NCBI GenBank assembly: GCA_964464395.1
Contig: CAYXFY010000001.1
Location: 77,918 to 141,917, forward strand
Source: an uncultured Nitrososphaera sp.
Lineage (GTDB): Archaea; Thermoproteota; Nitrososphaeria; Nitrososphaerales; Nitrososphaeraceae
Length of the DNA: 64,000 nucleotides
Direction: 5' to 3'
How positions within the stretch are numbered: position 1 is the first letter of the stretch; each line of letters begins with the position of its first letter. The translations under genes and the position numbers were made by a program. The notes below the pieces were generated by a model. The model had not been told where the DNA came from and searched no databases. It saw nothing but the letters and a program-made list of their open reading frames with translations. Positions 60,222-64,000 of this stretch are shown one piece after another.

Positions 60222-60597
60222 CCGTTTTATACACCCATTCTTTTCCCTGGCGGGTTCGCACTAGCCTGCCACGCTCGGCATACCTCGAGAGGTAGGTCGA
60301 GATTATGCTCAGCTTTATCGGCTCGTTGTACGAGTCCTCGTATAGTTCCAGAATGTCAGACGAGGTGAAGCTGCCGTATGGGAACTTTGCGTCGACAAGG
60401 GCCCATATCCTGTCGCCGACTGACGCCGGCTTGGACATCTCGGTGTCGCGGGGCGCCTCGCCTTCCATGTTGAGGAGGTCCATGAACTCCATTATCTTGA
60501 CTATCTTGTCCTTGGAGATGTTACCTTCTAGTGAGAGGTTGTACTTGCTCCCCTCGGCGTCTTCCAACTCTATTCGGAACTTTTTGCGACCCGGCAT
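60151..60597 (-). CDS. Hypothetical protein with C-terminal winged-helix-like segment
   Basis: Start set at MPGRKKF (60597). The ORF-track start at 60660 would cover origin-proximal repeats. Overlaps the convergent gene by ~70 nt. Confidence 0.5.
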   Translation of the reverse strand: MPGRKKFRIELEDAEGSKYNLSLEGNISKDKIVKIMEFMDLLNMEGEAPRDTEMSKPASVGDRIWALVDAKFPYGSFTSSDILELYEDSYNEPIKLSIISTYLSRYAERGRLVRTRQGKEWVYKTARPPAAVRPPEQVSPSTSLDQLR

Positions 60598-60760
60598 CGA
60601 AAGTAGTTCACCAGCTGACACCTTAACACTTAACACAGCTTGTGTCAAACATGATAACAACTTAGCTAGCTGTTGTTAGCTGTGCATGAGACGCGTGCTC
60701 ATTTCGTTAACAACATTGCCCGGTTAACCATTTTTGGCGTGGCAAACTCGGCCGTTCGGG

Positions 60761-60782
60761 TTCCAGTGGAAATGGAGGGGTC
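60761..60782 (+). repeat. Origin recognition box ORB1
   Basis: TTCCAGTGGAAATGGAGGGGTC matches the archaeal ORB core (TCCAGTGGAAA ... GGGGT). Confidence 0.7.
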
Positions 60783-60822
60783 TGCCTGCCCCCTGTTAAC
60801 AGCGTTAAGCGCCACCTTAACG

Positions 60823-60844
60823 TTCCAGTGGAAACAAAGGGGTC
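60823..60844 (+). repeat. Origin recognition box ORB2
   Basis: TTCCAGTGGAAACAAAGGGGTC is identical to ORB1 at 19 of 22 positions and lies 62 bp downstream in the same orientation. Confidence 0.7.
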
Positions 60845-60920
60845 GTTTTCAGGCTCTTTTGGCAATTGATACTTGCAGCGTTAACCGGCCTGTTACCGGC
60901 GCTGTATTTCGGCTGCACAG

Positions 60921-60947
60921 CCACCCCTTGCTTTCCTGTCCACTGCG
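60921..60947 (-). repeat. Degenerate inverted ORB-like element
   Basis: The reverse complement CGCAGTGGACAGGAAAGCAAGGGGTGG keeps CAGTGGA and AAGGGGT with a longer spacer. Confidence 0.4.
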
Positions 60948-61035
60948 CGTCTCATCATATCATTTCTCTAGCTCGTACCAGCTAGTACATTTAGTAGCTA
61001 GGGTTGATTCGTCGGTTTAAAAGCGCCCTGTTAAC

Positions 61036-62307
61036 ATGACTGTTAAGGCAACCTTAACAAATACGATACTTGGAGAAGAAAGACAGGGGTGCGGGTGCAC
61101 GAGCGATATCGACAACATCTTTGACAGGGCGGCGAGCGGCAAGTCGCTTGTCAAGAACAGGCAGACTTTGACCATCGACTACGTGCCCGACAAACTTCCG
61201 TTCAGGGACGAAGAAGCAAGGGGGCTTGCAGAAACGTTGTCGACTGTTCTGAAAAAAGAGCCGGGGCGGCCGTCCAACCTGCTGTTGTTTGGAAAACCAG
61301 GAACGGGCAAGACCGCGGTAGTAAAATCAGTCGTCGACAGGCTGACAAAAAAAGCGGCCGAGCTTGGCATCGAAATAACAGTCCCGGTGATAAACGCGAA
61401 ACTTGCCAACAGCGCCTACAAGATCCTGTACGAAATAGCCGAGTACATGGGCATCAACAGACAGGAGAAAAAGGTGCACTTTACCGGGCTTTCCATGGGC
61501 GAGGCCACCGACAGGATACTGCAGTTCATACAGAAAAACAGGATGCACGTCATATTGGTGATAGACGAGATAGACTCGCTTGTTGACAGGAACGGCGACG
61601 ACGTGCTCTACTCATTTACCAGAGCAAACGAGAGGATGGCCAAGGGCGGTTTCATCACCCTCATCGGCATATCCAACAGTCTCACCTTCAAGGACAAGCT
61701 GGACCCGCGCGTCAGGAGCAGCCTGTCCGAAGAAGAGATGGTGTTCAACCCGTACGGCGTCGAGCAGCTGCGGAAAATTCTGTCGGAGCGGGCCAAGATA
61801 GCGTTCAATGACGGCGCGATAACAGACGCCGCCATCAACCTATGCGCGGCTATAGCCGGCAGGGAGCACGGAGATGCAAGAAAGGCCATCGATCTTTTGC
61901 GCGTCGCCGCAGAGCTTGCCGAGCGGGCGCACGCCGGCAAGGTGGAAGAAAAGCACGTACGCGCGGCGCAGGAAAAAATAGAGAAGGACACCAACCTAGA
62001 GGTGATAAAAAACGCGACGCTACATGAAAAGCTGGTCATAGTCGCGATAACAAAGTCAAAGAACGGAAACACCGGTGAGGTGTACGAGATCTACTCGTCG
62101 CTGTGCAAGCAGACCGACCACGACCCCCTCACACAGAGGAGGATGACGCAGATAATCAGCAGGATGGACCAGCTGGGGCTGATATCGACCGACATCATCA
62201 ACCAGGGGCGCTACGGCCGGTCGCAAAAGATCAAGGCGACGGTCCCGCTTGCGACGATAAAGGCAGCCCTCAAGGACGACTCTGTTATGTCGGAATTCAT
62301 TGATTAA
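61036..62307 (+). CDS. cdc6: Orc1/Cdc6 replication initiator
   Basis: 423 aa. AAA+ Walker A LLLFGKPGTGKTAV, Walker B VILVIDEID and a C-terminal winged helix. Confidence 0.92.
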   Translation: MTVKATLTNTILGEERQGCGCTSDIDNIFDRAASGKSLVKNRQTLTIDYVPDKLPFRDEEARGLAETLSTVLKKEPGRPSNLLLFGKPGTGKTAVVKSVVDRLTKKAAELGIEITVPVINAKLANSAYKILYEIAEYMGINRQEKKVHFTGLSMGEATDRILQFIQKNRMHVILVIDEIDSLVDRNGDDVLYSFTRANERMAKGGFITLIGISNSLTFKDKLDPRVRSSLSEEEMVFNPYGVEQLRKILSERAKIAFNDGAITDAAINLCAAIAGREHGDARKAIDLLRVAAELAERAHAGKVEEKHVRAAQEKIEKDTNLEVIKNATLHEKLVIVAITKSKNGNTGEVYEIYSSLCKQTDHDPLTQRRMTQIISRMDQLGLISTDIINQGRYGRSQKIKATVPLATIKAALKDDSVMSEFID

Positions 62308-63820
62308 AATCCTTGGTGAACGGCTGCATCGTCGCCAAGTTGACGACTATTGCGATTCCCGGCGACGGCGTTATCCCCATTGTCTGCTGGAACTTTGTCT
62401 GCGCCTGCCACGCCCCCGAGTTTACAACAAGCGTCCCGCGGTAGCTGTCAACGTCTGTCACATGCACGTGGCCGGAGTGCAGTATGTCCGGGACCTCGGT
62501 CATCACCATCATGTCCTCCGACTCGGGCGCAATCGGCGTGCGCTCGCCATAGGTGGGTGAGAGATGACGCGCCCTCAACAACACTTTCATGGCCTCTGCC
62601 GGCCGCTGGTAGCTGAGGCCCGGCGTCGTCGCTATCACATCGTCGAGGCTCTGCCCGTGGAACATCAACACCTTGACCCCGTTGAGGCTTACCATCGCCG
62701 GGTTGCCGAGCACCTCACAGTTTTCAAGATCGTAAAGGCCGCCCGACGTGCTCTTTGGGAAGCCTGGCTGCGGTAGTGCGCGCCTGCCCGGGTCGTGGTT
62801 GCCCGGTATGATGTACGTCTTGATCCGTTTTGGTATTTTCGATAACAGTTTTGTGGCGTGGGCCATCTGGCTTGCCGCGTCCATCATCAAGAGCTCCTTG
62901 TCCTGGTTGGGGAATATCCCTATTCCGTCTATGACGTCACCCCCTATGCAAAGGAAACTGATCCTGTGCGCCACGTCATCGTCAGACGACAGCCAGTCGA
63001 GAAAGCGCAGAAACTCTTGCTCCATGAAATACTTGCTGCCGACGTGCAGGTCGGATATGAGCACGGCGTACGCCTGGGACTTGCTCCTGTTCGGCAGATG
63101 ATCCGGCACGTCCGGCGAAAAGACGCTCTTGACAGACAGCCCCGGCACGCCCTTGGCGTTTTCAAGCTCGAGCATGACCACCTGGTCGAGCGCAAGCATC
63201 GACGCGGCTTTTCGCGCTTCTTCCGTGGCGGCTATCACCGACATTTTGCCCGTGTAGTCGTCTATCTCTAGCTCGACGCCGTTTTTCCTCTGCCGCCTCG
63301 ACATAAGTAATCCTGCGACGACGTGTGTGCCCGCGCTGCCAAGGCTCCTCTCACCCTTGGAGCTGCCGGCGCGCGCATTCTGCTTTACTGCAGATACCTT
63401 GGCTATCCTCCTGCTGTCCGGCCTCTGCGCCAGGATGCGCATCGTCTTTTCAAACCTGCTCTTGAACAGTAGGGAGTAGCCGTCTACGCCCTCGCCTGTG
63501 TTGACGGCAGGCGACGAGTCCATCAACACCTCCGCCTCTTGCTCTACAGGCGCCTCCTCGGCCGGGCCCGCAGGCGCGATCAACCCCTTGACATCATCGA
63601 TGACAATGACGGAACTTCCAGACTTTTTCTGCCTGATTATCTCCTGCACGGCCTTGAGCAGGTCGCCCTGTAGGCCCTTGAGCATCGCAAAAGCGTCCGG
63701 GTGGATCTGGTACCCCTTGCTCGAAGCGTATGAAAGCGCGTTCTTTATCTCACTTTGCAGTACCAAGAAACCGCATACCCTTGCGGGCCGGTCCTTAATT
63801 GCTTTTCTGTGAACCACCAA
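62297..63820 (-). CDS. DNA polymerase D (Pol II) small subunit DP1
   Basis: Calcineurin-like phosphoesterase motifs (ISDLHVGSKYF, GDVIDGIG, IIPGNHD, SGHVH). The track start (TTG at 63820) lies inside the IS right end. A TTG at 63766 is a more plausible start. Confidence 0.88.
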   Translation of the reverse strand: MVVHRKAIKDRPARVCGFLVLQSEIKNALSYASSKGYQIHPDAFAMLKGLQGDLLKAVQEIIRQKKSGSSVIVIDDVKGLIAPAGPAEEAPVEQEAEVLMDSSPAVNTGEGVDGYSLLFKSRFEKTMRILAQRPDSRRIAKVSAVKQNARAGSSKGERSLGSAGTHVVAGLLMSRRQRKNGVELEIDDYTGKMSVIAATEEARKAASMLALDQVVMLELENAKGVPGLSVKSVFSPDVPDHLPNRSKSQAYAVLISDLHVGSKYFMEQEFLRFLDWLSSDDDVAHRISFLCIGGDVIDGIGIFPNQDKELLMMDAASQMAHATKLLSKIPKRIKTYIIPGNHDPGRRALPQPGFPKSTSGGLYDLENCEVLGNPAMVSLNGVKVLMFHGQSLDDVIATTPGLSYQRPAEAMKVLLRARHLSPTYGERTPIAPESEDMMVMTEVPDILHSGHVHVTDVDSYRGTLVVNSGAWQAQTKFQQTMGITPSPGIAIVVNLATMQPFTKDFNQ

Positions 63821-64000
63821 TCCCTAAAAGGGCACTGGCTTCCCGGACAAGCTTGCGCCCGTTTCTCCGGTAAGCTGCATGTCGCCACGCAGCATTCCTG
63901 CTTCCTCGACTGCTGCACAATCTCTGCAGGCGTAACTTCCCGGCGTTCCACCGGTAAACGTAATTGCTTCAATCCATTGTGCAAATGGTTTATGGCAGAA
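63745..64000 (-). CDS. tnpB: TnpB C-terminal fragment (5' part outside the window)
   Basis: Reads SAINHLHNGLKQLRLPVERREVTPAEIV..., matching SAINHLQKGLELLQLPVERREVTPVE of copy 2. The tail past the right end is read-through into flanking DNA. Confidence 0.6.
   Translation of the reverse strand, partial: SAINHLHNGLKQLRLPVERREVTPAEIVQQSRKQECCVATCSLPEKRAQACPGSQCPFRDWWFTEKQLRTGPQGYAVSWYCKVR
63807..64000 (-). mobile_element. IS200/IS605-family element, family 1 copy 3 (right end only; continues beyond the window)
   Basis: The reverse complement carries ...CCGGTGGAACGCCGGGAAGTTACGCC...TTACCGGAGAAACGGGCGCAAGCTTGTCCGGGAAGCC...GATTGGTGGTTCACAG, homologous to the 3' ends of copies 1 and 2. Confidence 0.7.

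Larger units (their letters stand above)
60598..61035. other. Candidate replication origin (oriC) upstream of orc1/cdc6
   Basis: Non-coding 438 bp with two near-identical direct ORB-like repeats, one degenerate inverted copy, and a dense cluster of STTAAS motifs. It is flanked at a distance by both PolD subunit genes. Confidence 0.7.

Overview
This window is an archaeal chromosome segment. It encodes both DNA polymerase D subunits, Orc1/Cdc6 next to origin-recognition-box repeats, GGGP synthase, TiaS, aIF6 and archaeal-type riboflavin genes. The cupredoxin and overall gene content suggest a Nitrososphaera-like thaumarchaeon, but that is a low-confidence inference. I recognised no rRNA, tRNA or CRISPR array. 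Most of the window is densely packed housekeeping: a riboflavin operon, glyA, pyrB, ilvE, aspartate kinase, a NikR-family/ZnuABC-like metal island, a pst-phoU cluster, an arsenic cluster (arsM, arsC, MIP channel), tiaS, hisI and thrC. It also contains four tnpB-only IS200/IS605-type elements of two families (one cut by the window edge), plus two tnpB-less mini-elements that keep only the element ends. Items worth a second look:
- an amidohydrolase gene translationally coupled inside the riboflavin operon, a candidate for an unassigned pathway step
- a SixA-Ppx-(two thymidylate-kinase-like paralogs)-CHAD polyphosphate operon next to pst
- a MoaD-like ubiquitin-fold domain fused to an E1-like enzyme with an internal GG, coupled to thrC
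- a DCD/PUA-like domain fused to an amino-methyltransferase
- a HerA-like ATPase with a tandem zinc-knuckle array
- a prokaryotic pentameric ligand-gated channel homolog
- a PstS-PstC fusion
- an origin region unusually dense in GTTAAC/STTAAS motifs
- a cysteine-less small basic protein beside the zinc transporter
- two genes interrupted by frameshifts
Everything was read by eye from the sequence and the ORF track. No database search was run, and family assignments rest on motifs I recognise.
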